DNA of 64,000 nucleotides, taken from the NCBI GenBank assembly GCA_965202585.1, contig OZ241826.1:91636001-91700000 (forward strand), written 5' to 3'. The notes under the pieces were generated by a model. That model was not told where the DNA came from and did no database searches. It saw only the letters and a program-made list of their open reading frames with translations. Shown in pieces: positions 1 to 12,900 of this stretch (position 1 is its first letter; the number at the start of each line of letters is the position of its first letter). Both the position numbers and the translations under genes were made by a program. This stretch comes from Thalia democratica (Eukaryota).

Positions 1-60
1 TTTTCTACTACAAAAGAGTTTATCCAGTTTCAATTTAAGTGGCACACAACTCTTATTTTA

Positions 61-591
61 GGGAACAGGTCAAAATTGCATGATGTTCAATTTTGAAACC
101 GAGGGTCATTTTGCACTAGAGTAAAAAATTTATAAAAAACAAAGAAAAAAAAACTACGGACTGAGGGTAAGGGTTAAGTTTAAGGGCAGTAATGATATTA
201 AAAAAAATAACAAATAAAAATTATTATTATTATTATAAATGAACAAATTAAAATAAATTAATTAAAAAGAAAAAAAAAAGCTACCGACCGAGGGTAAGGC
301 TTAAAGGTATCAGTAATAGTAAAAAAAAAAGATAACTAATAAAAACTATTATTACTTAATATAATTGATAAACTTATTAAAAAGAAAAAAAAAACGCTAC
401 CGACTAAGGGTAAGGGTTAAGAATAACAGTAATAGTATAAAAAAAGTTAAAAAAAAGAAGTTTAACCTGTGCAAAAATGTCTTCGTGCAAAGTTGTCTGC
501 TGGTGCAAAAGTGTCTTTGTGCAAATGTTTTTTCAAGAAATTTTGTCCCCTTGAGCAATTTTGTACGCTCGTGCAAATTTGACAGCTACCC
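61..591. mobile_element. Non-autonomous DNA transposon (MITE), PIF/Harbinger-like, with A-rich internal subrepeats
   Basis: Imperfect terminal inverted repeats GGGAACAGGTCAAAATTGCA (61) and TGCAAATTTGACAGCTACCC (to 591). Subterminal (TC)GTGCAAA repeats and three internal copies of (A)CCGAGGGTAAGGGTTA. Related pieces at about 6190-6397 and 59660-60010. The superfamily is inferred only from GGG..CCC ends and TTA/TTT flanks. Confidence 0.5.
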
Positions 592-2725
592 TTTACTTTG
601 AAAATATTTGACATTTTTATTTTTACACTCCGGTAGAATTAAAAAGCAATTAATTTGCCTCAAATATTTTTTATGATTTACTCTCGTCAAAGTATTTGGA
701 AATAACTTAGAAACTTTTAAATCATGCGTATAACTATAGCAGACCAGTTTTTATTAACAAATAGTTTCACAGAGTTAAAATAGGCACTATTAAACCAATT
801 TTTTTAATCATTGACGTAGAACCATTTTTAATTAAAATGGTTTCTCAATAGAAGCGAAATTTTCCCCTAATCTCCTTTTACTTTGGGAGCTGTAACTAAA
901 CACTGAAAAAACGTTTTAAGATAAAGTTCGGTGCTCGAGTAATCGTGTGGTTATTTTTAAATCTTGAACTTATAGTGCATTATACATTGTTTTATTTATT
1001 TTGTATCTATTACTGGTTTTATGATTTTTTATTGTTTTATTGTTTGTTTAGTTTTTAGACGATATGTTTTATGGCTTGCTGAAACATAAAACTGTTTTAA
1101 TAATGAGAGTATTTGTAGACTTTTTTTTGTTTTAGGACTTATTATAAATAGTAATTTTTTTTAAAGTATACTCTACTATAAATTCAAAGTTTTAATAGGT
1201 TGAATTTTGTTACTTCAACAAGGGTATAGTATAATAACAGTTTATTTTATTTTTTTTTTTCATATTTTTTTACCTTCATCCAAAGGCTTAAGTTGCTTAG
1301 GGGATTTTATTTTCAAAAATTCAACCAAGTTTGAAATTTCATTGGAAATTACAAGCTATTGATAAACCTAAGCATCATCTATTAGATTGTAGTTATTATT
1401 ATAAGTTTATTGAACAAATAAAAATGCTCAAAAAATTTGGTCCTAGGACCTGGTGCACGAAAAACCTTTCGGTTATCTAGTTGTTCTACACTACTTCAAT
1501 ACCATTTAAAGTTTTGTCCAGAACAAATATGAAATAATATATATGTAATATAAAAATAAAAAATGTAACACATATATGTAGCATGTAAAATGTTATAAAA
1601 ATTGACAGTATGTAAATGCTTAAAACTTCAATCAAAGGACCTAGTGTTGAGCAAGACATCTTGGTCTACAAACAAATAGTTTGTCTCTACTGTGTTTAGC
1701 TGCACATGTAGTTGCAATATTGATAAACTTGAGTGGCCTAATTGCTAAGGGATATCAATACTAGCATTGAAATCTCTCTGAGTTGTACATTACAAAATAA
1801 AATTCAGTTGTGGACACATATGAAAATTAGAAAAAAATAGTAAAAGTTTTTTGGAAATTTTCTAAGCTTGACTTATAGTTTTTGTAGCAATATAAATTTT
1901 TATAATAGAAATATCAATCTAAATTTCTAAAAAATAAATTAAACTTAGAGAATAGCTCAAAACAGAGTTTAAAAAATTGGTGTGTAGCTCAATGATCAAA
2001 AGGTCTTTTATCACACAAAATCAAAAATAAAAACCAAAAAACCAAAAAAAAAAAAAATCATTAAAAAATTTGGTCCCAGGACCTAGTGTACAAAAAAACC
2101 TTTTAGTTATTGAGTCATACACCAGGATACAGTTAAATGTCATGTCCAGGATTGACCATAGATTGTTATAAGCATTTTTTTTTGCTGTACAAAAATGAAT
2201 TTTTCAAGTCAATGTTACCCTCAATAAAAGCTTATAAACATAGTATTGATATCAAGATTAAAGGAAAACAATAAATAACATCAAAAATAATAACCTTTTT
2301 TTAACAAAGTTGAACTTTTCAAATCTATGTATTTTCAAATGAAGTAAAGAGCTGTAAGTTTTTTTTATTATTGATTGATAAAATGTAAAATATTTTTAAA
2401 ATAAAGAAAGGCATTAACAACAATTTAATTTTAATTACTGTTTTTTTTTATTATTTTATCTGTCAAAAAAGTCTAATTATGTAACAATATTCTTTATACT
2501 TATTTTGTGTTACTAAGTTTTGTACTTGTCTTGATTTATGCTTTATTTTCTTTTCAGATAAAATTTAGATTTTGATTAATTTTAGTTTTTTGACTTGAGA
2601 GTTTAAGTTTTATAAAAATTAGCTTTTAAGCAATAGTTAAGCATTTTCTGTCATAGTAAATTTTTATTTTTTCTTTAACTTACAGCAGCTGTATGTTTCT
2701 TTATTAAGTTATGTACCTGTTTTTA

Positions 2726-2739
2726 GTTGCCGTGGTAAC
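2726..2739. promoter_or_regulatory. RFX X-box-like palindrome GTTGCCGTGGTAAC
   Basis: Close match to the RFX consensus GTTGCCATGGCAAC, in a locally GC-richer patch about 1.2 kb upstream of the TONSL start. Motif match only. Confidence 0.25.
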
Positions 2740-3938
2740 TAGGTCGGTATTTTTCCTCTCCATAAACACTTGTCCATGGGTTTGAGCTTCCCAGATTTTA
2801 TAGTTTTTAAGTTTAGTTTTATCCTTTTAATAGGTAAAAAAATAGACTTGCTACAAAAGTTTTTCATCAAAATGTGTAATTTGGTTTATTTTTTTCCTAA
2901 TTGTTATAAGACTAGAAGAAGCTATAAATTATATAGTTATCCTACTGAATTTCTTAAAATATTTAATTTTTTGTTTGAAAAAGTGATTACTGATGTTTTT
3001 TTTTAACATATAAAAAAAAAGGAACCAACTAGTTAATGCATTAATCATTTGAAGTTTTTAGAAATTAATAATTTATTTTAGGTTATTTAAAACCACTGCC
3101 TATAAAAATCAAATTACAGTTTTTTAGTTTAATTTTCCTGGATATGTTAGTGAGGTGGTATTTTGCACATCCAAAAGAATACGCAATAAAAGTTGCATAT
3201 ATGTTCTTTTATTTGAAGTTGGTTTGGTTAACTTTCAGCACTTTTTTCATTTACAAAGTTTTGTTTGATTACAGAAATTTGAATAAAAAAAGCAGTGCAC
3301 AACTGTAAACTAAAAAAAAAGCATTAAAAACTATATTGTCAAGTACCTATGCCATTTTGAAACTAACACTTGTTAAGAATTTTCATTTACTTGTTATTAA
3401 TAGTTTTGAAATTTTTTAAAATTGAACATAAAATTTAGATTAAAACCAACCATAAATTTTACATTAACATAACCTAATTTGAGTTTTGTGTATGCTTTTA
3501 AGATCTTATACTATAGTTGTTTTAAAATAACTATTTGTTTATTTTTTTATAATCAATATAGAACATTTGTGTTCTCAAGTTTACTTTACAAAAACCTAAA
3601 AAATAAAAAGTTTTAAAGATTTTACCAAATTAGTTTTTTTCTGTTTTAAATTAATTTTATTTTAGTTAAATTAGTAAGTATCCAATGAAAAAGTCAAACA
3701 AATTGTTTGTTTTTTTAATTTTCTTAATTAGATTACATATATTTTATACACTATGAAAATATCTTAATGTTAGTTTATTAGTATATAAATACAAATTTGA
3801 GTTATTAAAAATTACATTATAAAGCAATGACTATTTATTTTAGCTAAAATAAAAATTCAACATGTCTGTATGTTTGAACCCTGTTTTTTCAGCTTTTAAA
3901 AATTCAAAATATTTTAAGAAACAAATTGGAAAGACCAA

Positions 3939-6900
3939 ATGAACAAAAAGATAAAAAGTAAGTTAATGAAGTTTTTTATATGAAAATAATTACTCAAAAT
4001 ATTAACTTTTGACTAAAATAGAAAAGAAACATACATAAAGATGTTAGAATATTGAAAATTTTTTAAGCTAATTAATACAATTATAAAGTAACAAATATGT
4101 TATGCTGTTTAAACTTTTATTTTTGATAAAAACTCCAAACTAAGTTTTATTTAACTATCAAGTCTTAAAATTTTGTTTCACAAATGCAATATAAATTGTT
4201 ATTTTAGGATTTTATTTTTATTATAAAAAACTTTAATTATATATATTGAGATTACTTAAATTTATACATTATTACACTTAACTTTTGCTTTGTTCTATTT
4301 AAAAGATAATTAATTTAAAGTACACTTTAGTTTCCTAACTTTTTAATTAGTTGTTTAAAAAAAAATCTGTTTATTTTAAAAGTTAGTTGTAAATTTTCAA
4401 ATGAATTAAAAAAAAACTTAAACTAGTTTTTATTAATAAATATCTAAATAATATGTTTTGTATTCCTTTAGTTTATTTTTTTTGCATCAAAGCATGTTCA
4501 AGTTATTTTTTGCTGTTGCCAAACAATTAAGAGTCTACTATTGATTTAAATTTTTTGTATGTAACAACTATATTATTTTTAGAATATCTAAAACTCAAAG
4601 AGGCTGCAGAAAAAGCAAATGACCTGACTCAGCAAGCATATTATTGTAATGTAATTGGGTTTGAGTATACTAAAATTGGTTAGTTGTGCATTTTGTTCTT
4701 TTAGTTTTTCACACTCAGAAAAATATGTATACTTTGATATTTTATTTGTTTCATTATTTAAGTTTGTTGTTGATTTTTTAGCCTCATTGAAATTTACAAT
4801 TTTTTTAATTTGAGTTGTACTAATTATAGCTCACTTAGTTTCATCGTTTCATCTATATAAAAAAAGCTTTTAGTAAACTACATTTTATTAAAGCACACAG
4901 GTTAAAAGTTACAAATCATTAAAAAACACTAAAAATAACTTTTCTGGCCAAATGAATTGCATTGTTTAAACTATAAAATAGTTATAAATGAAAATTGTGT
5001 AGTGTGTGAAAAAACATTTGCAAAGCCTCACTTAGAACATGCTTTTTTCAACATTATATGTTTTTCTTATAAATTTCTACGCTTCGTTATAACATGTAAA
5101 AAAACTGATGAATGGAAAGTAGTAATTTAATTATTTATTAAGGCCATTAAGGTTTTTTTTTTAATTTAGTCTTATTTTTACATAATTAAACAAACTATTA
5201 GTTAACTAAAAAGGAAAAATAAATAAATAATTAACCACAAATCATTAACCTACAATTTAAAAAAAATCACTTTTATACCTTCTTAATCTAATGTTTTATA
5301 AATTATGAATAATTTGTAAATAATAATATTTTCAGTTTCTTACTATTTTTTAATTTACAAACAAAAAGAATCTTAAACCTTGGTCTTAGTTAAAAATTCT
5401 GAACGTTTTTTCTTATCTGATTCCTAAAAATTATTTGTCCTATTGAAAAGTACTGAAAGTTGAAAGTAAATAGCTTTAAATATGAAGTAGGCAATATATT
5501 TTGAGGAAGTTTTTCAAAAATATGAGATAAGTAGCAATGAAAAATTTCGATTTGATAAGTTTGTATAAGACATTTTAGAAAACTTATTAGACATAAAAAG
5601 TTAATTAAATATGTTTTGCTCTACAAAAAGTATCTTATAGTACATACTTCCTATGTTTTAAAATGTTTTAGTAATTTAGTATAAAAAAATAATATGTCAG
5701 AAATATTTATGATGTTTACCAATCAAATTTTTTTAACTTGTTAGTGCTGTAAAATTGACCCTGCTATGTCATTTAAATATATTAACTGTTTTCTTGAACT
5801 AAAAATAAAGGTAATTATTTAACTCTTAACATTATTATTCATCAACTTATCAATGTTTTTGATGTGATCCTTATGCTAGTATTTAAAGTGGAATTCAAAC
5901 TAATTAGTTGCTTATTATAACAAGTAATTGTAATTAATCTTTATCTTTAATATAAGTTTTTTTGTATCTCTTTTTTACTGAAAATATACATATTTCTTAT
6001 ATAAATAGTTTGGTTAACGTAGCCTACCTTTTATACAAATGAGAATGATGAAGAAAAAGGAATTGGATCAAGTAAAAAGTTGGCCCTGGGGTTACCATTT
6101 TTACTTATTTTTAGCTGGGGTCATTTTTTTACTTCATAAAAAGTTATAAGTTGTAAGTCAAAAGTTTGTTAATTAGAAAAAAATAGTTATAAATGAAAAA
6201 CGACCAAAAATAAGGGTTAGGATTAACAGTGTTAGTAAAAATAAAGGAAAAAAAAAAAAAAGTTACCGCCCAAGGGTGAGGGGTTACAGTTATAGTAAAA
6301 AAAAATATTTAAAAAAATACAAAAGGAAATATTTTGAACCTATCCAAAATTGACACATTGAGCAAAAGTGTCCCTTCGTGCCTATTTGACACCTACCTTT
6401 TCCAAAGTGGGCAAGTTGGGGTAATTATTTACTAAAATGTATCTGGGGACATTATTTTTACTTGTTTTAGCTACGTTTTTTTACTTGATCCAATGTATTG
6501 ATTAGAATTTACAAATTTGTCTTTATAATCCTTACCACTTCAATTCAGTTCTAAATTCTATTTTGATGACCGTAAACTAGTATATTAAAGTATATAATTT
6601 GTGTACTAAAAGTTTAGAGTTGTAGTTTTGAGTGGTTTAAATAAAAATTAGCTTTATTAAAACAACATTTTTAATTGAAAGGGGAGTATGACTTGGCAGT
6701 TGAAATTCACACACAAGAAAAACAGTTTTGCAAAAAGTTAAAAGATCAAACAGGCGTTGCGGTGGCTCAAAGAAATGTAAGCTTTAGTTGTTTTTTTCAT
6801 CTACAGAATATTTGTAAAAATTAATTTTAAAGTGTGTGGTATATATATTTATAATGTTAATATAGACATCTTTTTAAAGCTACAATAAATAATTTTAAAA

Positions 6901-9900
6901 AATTTGGTAATAAATCACCAAAGCAAATTATTATTCTGAACTGAACATAAATCAAACACAATTTGTAACTAAAATATGACATGTTTATTATTTTATGACT
7001 ATTTAATTGTGCACAAATGAATTTAACTACGTTAACAAGATTCTTTTTTTAACAATTTAACTACATAAACTATTATCAAATATGTGCTTCAGTTTTTTGT
7101 AGTTCTATTGTATTTAAGTACTGTTTTTAAGTATTTTTTTATTCTTTTACTTAAAAAGTCTTTGTACTTAATGAGTTCTAAACTAAGTCCATCCTAGACT
7201 AATGAATTGGTAGTCAACCTTTTCAAAGCTTTGCACAGTATGTTTTTGAAAAATAAGTTTTGTGAACACTAAACTCTAAAAAACATAAATTTATTCTAAA
7301 AATATTTATATAACTTTTGAGTATGTTAATATTCATATAAAAATGTTGAGAACTGTTGGTTTATGTTACAATAGGTTTTTATAATTAATATAATGACGAA
7401 ACATTCACTACTTGAAGCACTACTTTTTAAAAATTCCTAAATTTCCAAGTAAAATAAACAAACTTATATGCGCAGGTACACACCGGAGAACCATTGTACA
7501 GTACTAATGTACAGTATAAATGCTTAGATAATAGTTGTAGAAATAATTTTTAAACCTTTAGTTAAAATGTTGTATTTACTTTTATAATAAAACACATGTA
7601 TTGTTGACAATTATTACAATAAGTTTTTTGTACAATAAGACGATTAACAATAATAAGTATTAAACATAAGCAAACTTTGAAAAAAAAACAGATTGGAGAC
7701 GTGTACTTGGCCAAGAGAGAGTTTGATAATGCGGCTCACGAACTGACAGAGTACCTCAACTTGTCCAAGAACATACCGGAGGAACTTCAGAGGGCCAACA
7801 CACAGTTGGGCGGATGCTTCTACGAGTACGCCTTATCTATCATTGATCCCACCAAGAGCTTGCTGCTCACTAAAAAGTATTTGTTTTTTATAAACTTTTT
7901 GTTTTTTGTATGTGTTAATATGAAATTGTAACTTTATATTGAAAGAAAAAAGTTAGAAATTTACTGTCGATTTTGGAAACTTCAACACTAAAATGCATAC
8001 AAAGTATTGAAATGTTTTTAAAAGAAAAAATATGTGTGTCGGTATTTAAATAATTTTAGTTTAATAAACTTGCTTACATTTTCTCAGTTTGAAGTTGTTT
8101 AGGTTCTACGGTATAAGAATATTGAATTGTTAAATAAATGTTTGTATATAAACTACTAAAGGCTAGAATTGTCATAAATGCATAGTTGTTTTTCAATATG
8201 TTAATATTGTTTAATAGCTTAAATAAAAAATGTACTACATATAAATATTAGAAAATTAGTTATGCAAATATAATATTATGAAAATCACTGAAGTTTGATT
8301 TGTTTTTTTTTTGTTTAATTTTGTATTTTTTCTTGTCTATCAGCAATCCTTTTATAATAAAAAATCAATACAGTAACTCAATACAGTAATCAATTTTTTT
8401 AATAAGTTTCTATTATCAAATTATGCTATGATTTCCTTTTAAAAAGCAGTCTTTAACAAATAAAACTTTACTCACTTTTACCACCAATACTTGAAATGTT
8501 GTCTTTAAATAAGATCTTTATAATTAAAACAAAGCAACTTTTTGTTAATGAGCATTCTGCAATGTGTTTTTATGCAATTTATGACTAGTTTTTTTGTATT
8601 ACCTCGCAATTTTTCAGTTTTGTTTAATAATATACAAAAAATATTTTTAAGTTAAATTTTCAAGTTGTCTATAGATTATAAACCCTAGTTAAAAAAGATT
8701 GAATAACAAACTTTTATTTTTAATCTAATTGCAGCCTAGTAATAACTACATTTACAAAATTCAAATCATTAAAATTTTAGTTTTAAGTATGTAAACAAAA
8801 GCTTTATGAAAATATGATGATTTTCTTTTAAACTGTTTTATGGCTATCTTATGTTTATCAAACATTGAGTTCATTCAGTTTTTTTTTGTTATAATAGTAT
8901 AAGTTTCAGTAACATTAAAATACAGTTATATTTCTACCAATTTAGTTGGAATATAATTTTGTATTCTGTTGTTTTTGATGCACAAATTTTGAAACTTTAG
9001 ATTCTTTATACTGATTTAGTTCATTTTGTGAAATTTTTGTTTTGGTTCACTATGATAACTTTAAACAGAGCCATCAAGCACTTGCAGACGAGCGTGAACC
9101 TGATTGCGCAGCTGAAGAGCAGGATGAAAAGGAAGGAGGTGAGCAGCATGTACCTGAACAGCTACAGGAACTTGATACTGTGCTACCACCAGCAGTCCCA
9201 GCTCGATCAAGTGGATCTGACCCACCAGAAGGAAAACGCCATGAACAAGGCCGTCGATATTGCCAAGTATGGTTTCATATGTAAATTTGTTGAAAAAGAG
9301 TGATTAATATAAAAACTATTTCAACCCTCTTTTTAATTAAATATGTTTAAAATTTTATTAGTTTTTTACTAATAAAGCTAAGAAAAAATGATAACTGAAC
9401 AAAACTTATAAGCTTTTAAATTAAAAACTTCAATTTTTTATTATCACTAACCAAAAAATGCTTTAAAAAGCCCTTATAAATTCTCAAATTTACTGCTCAT
9501 CTTTAAATATATTTTCTATAATAAAGTAGAAGATATAATTTTATTACAAGCATAGTATCACCATTCAAAAAGTATAAAAACTATTAATATAAAAGATTTA
9601 ACTTTTTTAATATATCAATAATCAGGCCTGTATATACTAATCAAAATTATTCTATAATATTTTAAATAACCTTTAAGATGCTTAGTTGTATACGAAATCA
9701 TGTAGTGAAAAATGTACATCACAGAAAGAACTTGATGTATATGATTTTTATGTCTACTACAAACATAAAATTCTTATAAATTTTTTTAAAGTATGCAACG
9801 AAATTTCTCCACAAACTGATTTAAATGTGTAGAATATATCAGTAAATTATTTAGTGTCTACTATATGAAATTCAACTCTAACATTTCATACAACTTGTCA

Positions 9901-12900
9901 CTATACAATAATTTTTATCTGATGTACTCCACAGAAAAAACCTGATGTATGAGGAGCTGTACGTGCTGTACTACATCAAGGCAGAGCAGAGTTTTGAGAA
10001 CAGCAAGCACCAAATTGCTGTCGAGTGCTGCAAAGTGGCGTTGGAATACTGCAAGAAGATCGCTTCCAACCACGTTCAACTGGTTGAATGCTTGCTTCTG
10101 TGTGGAAAAGTTTGAGTTTAAAATATGTGATATAGACGAGGTCGTTGACCGAAACTTAGTTTGTAAAATAAATTCTTGAAAGAATAAATTCATTTATGAT
10201 ATAGTTTGCTTAATAAAGTCTTGAAAGAATAAATATAACATTTCTCCTCTAGTAGTTGAGATCTCTTTATTTGTTTTCTAAAAATTAAAACGTTTAACAT
10301 ATGATATCTTTTAAACTTACTTTTTCAAATACAATACTATTTGTTTATTACTCTATATATAGAATATTTAGGTAGTTATAACTATTCAAATAAATATTAA
10401 AAAAAATTTAAAGTATTTTGCTCACAATTGTAAATCACATTTTTCTCACTCAAAAACATATTTACATAGCTTATGTTTATAATATATCAATTCATCCAGA
10501 TTCTACTGTGTGTTGAGAAGTTTTCAGAAGCATTGCCCTATCTAAAATGCGCTTTTGAAACATCATCTGGAACGCAAAGAATTGAAATTTCAACAAAAAT
10601 AAAAATCGGTATTAATTTCTAATATTCTAAGTTCTATACTTAAATTTTAGCACTATTTCATTATGATACTGATGCTAAGGATCAGTAAAAGTTAATAAGT
10701 TTTTGTATTTTATAAAATTTTCAACTAAACTTGTAAAAGTATTTTAGTTGTATAAAAGTATTTTAATTTTGCAAAATTTTTAAAGTTTTTTGACAAGCCA
10801 TTTTTCTTTACTTTTTATTAGTTAAGCATTACAAAAAACTAAACATAATGTTAACAGAGCTTCCTATTGTTTTTGAATTTATAATTGCAGGATGAGTTTA
10901 ATTTATAATGTAGTTTACATCTAATAGCATATATCCAGTGAATTACTGCTTTTATAATAACAAGTCAAACAGTGCTGTTTAGTCGTATTTACTTTTGAAT
11001 TGTAGTTTAAAGAAGTATGTAGTACTAGTATGAATTACTTTGAAATATTTTGTTTATAAGGTTGCTGTTATTAAAGTAGTACTAATTATAAGTTATGATA
11101 TTTTAAGAACTGCAAAATAAGCAAATTTGCTTTAAAAACTTTTCGATTATTTTAACAACAAAATCAAAATACAGTATATTTTAACAGTTTACAACGTCAT
11201 GGCAATAAAAAAACAATTGGAAAGTGTTGACAAAGATGAGGTGAAACTGTATGAGCAACTCGGTGATCTGTTTTCAAAGTTGAGGCTGTTTGCACCCGCT
11301 CTCAAATACTACCAAATGTTGCAGGTATTATTTCTGTTTGTTTTTGATAATCTTTCTTTGTAAAGTTTTATTTTATTTTAGTAATTCCCAGAAAAAGTGA
11401 ATTATATAAGATTGAAAAGTTTATTGATTAGACGAAGTGGAGTTTTTATAAATTTGAAGTGTAATAATTGACTCTTTTTCTTGCTAAACCATTTATTCAA
11501 GCAGTCCAAAAATTTTAGATTAACCAATAACAGTCTAATTGATGTTATGATAATATTTACTACTTTTTGCAGACATTTTTTGTTGAAAATAATAGCGAAA
11601 AATACGCTGATACAAGAAGTTTAGAAGCAGCCAACTTATACTCAATAGCACAAACTTACACTGATTTGAAGATGTACAAAAACGCTGTAAAGTATTATAA
11701 ACTTGAAATATCCTTAAGAGACAGTAAAAAAGAGGTTGGTAATATTAATATAACTAATCTAAATGTTTTTAAACTATAAAGTCAAAACTATAACTACAAT
11801 TTTTTTCTTCAAAGAAGTATTATTTTGTTTCGATAAATATATGTATAAAACGTATATTAAGTTTAAAGTAGCTTGTGTTATTAGTATTGATCTTTATTTA
11901 GAGTCAAAAATGTTTTTTTTATTAAAGCAGATTTTACCTTAACAATTTTTTAATGTATTCAATACTTTTTTTTAGTTTTACGTGCTTTTTTATATTTTTA
12001 CTTGAATTAACATGTTTGATTTAAATGTTTAAAAGTTTTTGATGTTAGAAAAACTTTAGATTGTAAATGTATTTTGAGTAATAAACAACTAATGTTGGCT
12101 GTTTTCAATTTAAAGTGTAGTTAAAAAACTAAAAATAGACTAAATTAAATTTATTTGCACAACCAGTTGGTTTTTGTTTCGATATTAAATATTTATTTGA
12201 TTGAATTTTGAAATAGTCTAAAGATTTGATTGGTAATTGAAAAATAAGTTTTTTTAATCTGATAAAGGTAACTCTATTCAAATATATTTTGTTTCTTATT
12301 TTAGTTGTTGCATTTAAAGTTAACTAATCAGACTTTAAAAAAAATTTGCTTACACATAACATTCCAAATTGTTTAAATGTACTAATATTGTGTTATTTAT
12401 TTTTTACTAGAAAGTAACGAGTCTATTGGAAATAGTTTCATGTTTGAGAAGGTTGTACAAAAACACATTGGATGACGTCACCCCTCATATAAACAAGGCG
12501 CTGAAAATATGTGAAAACGATGAAAAACTAAAGGTTGGTGTTTATGGAGTTTTGAGGCTGGAGTTTTATAAATAAAAAACTAATAAGTAATAAGTAGTAG
12601 TGCAATAAACCACTGCAATAAAACTTTTATAAAATATAAGAACTTGACAAGAGTTATTAAACGATTAACTTTAAAGTTTTAACATAATTGCCTTATATTT
12701 TCTACTGAACTGGTAATTAAAAGGTTGTGGTTGAAAAATACATAAAACGGAATAACTGTTCAAAAGTATAGGTTTAATCGTCTGCTAACAATAGATTCTA
12801 GTGAAATAACTTCACTGGAGTATAAATAAAAACAAATTGTACAGTAATCTTATAATAACCGAGACAATCTACGACCGGTTTCGTCCTAATTAGGACTCAT

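Noticed and set aside
160-420. Interstitial telomere array
   Set aside because: Only isolated AGGGTAAGGGTTA motifs within dispersed repeat subunits, not tandem TTAGGG.
365-601. Short ORFs at 365-601, 22804-23031 and 59523-59738
   Set aside because: They lie largely within MITE or repeat sequence and have no domain features.
2776-2779. ATGG|GT as TONSL first exon
   Set aside because: It is phase-compatible, but 3939-3957 has a perfect GTAAGT donor and a length like the first exon of other TONSL genes.
7480-7500. CACACCGGAGAACCA (HTGE-P) as a C2H2 zinc-finger linker
   Set aside because: No flanking finger pattern or open frame; intronic.
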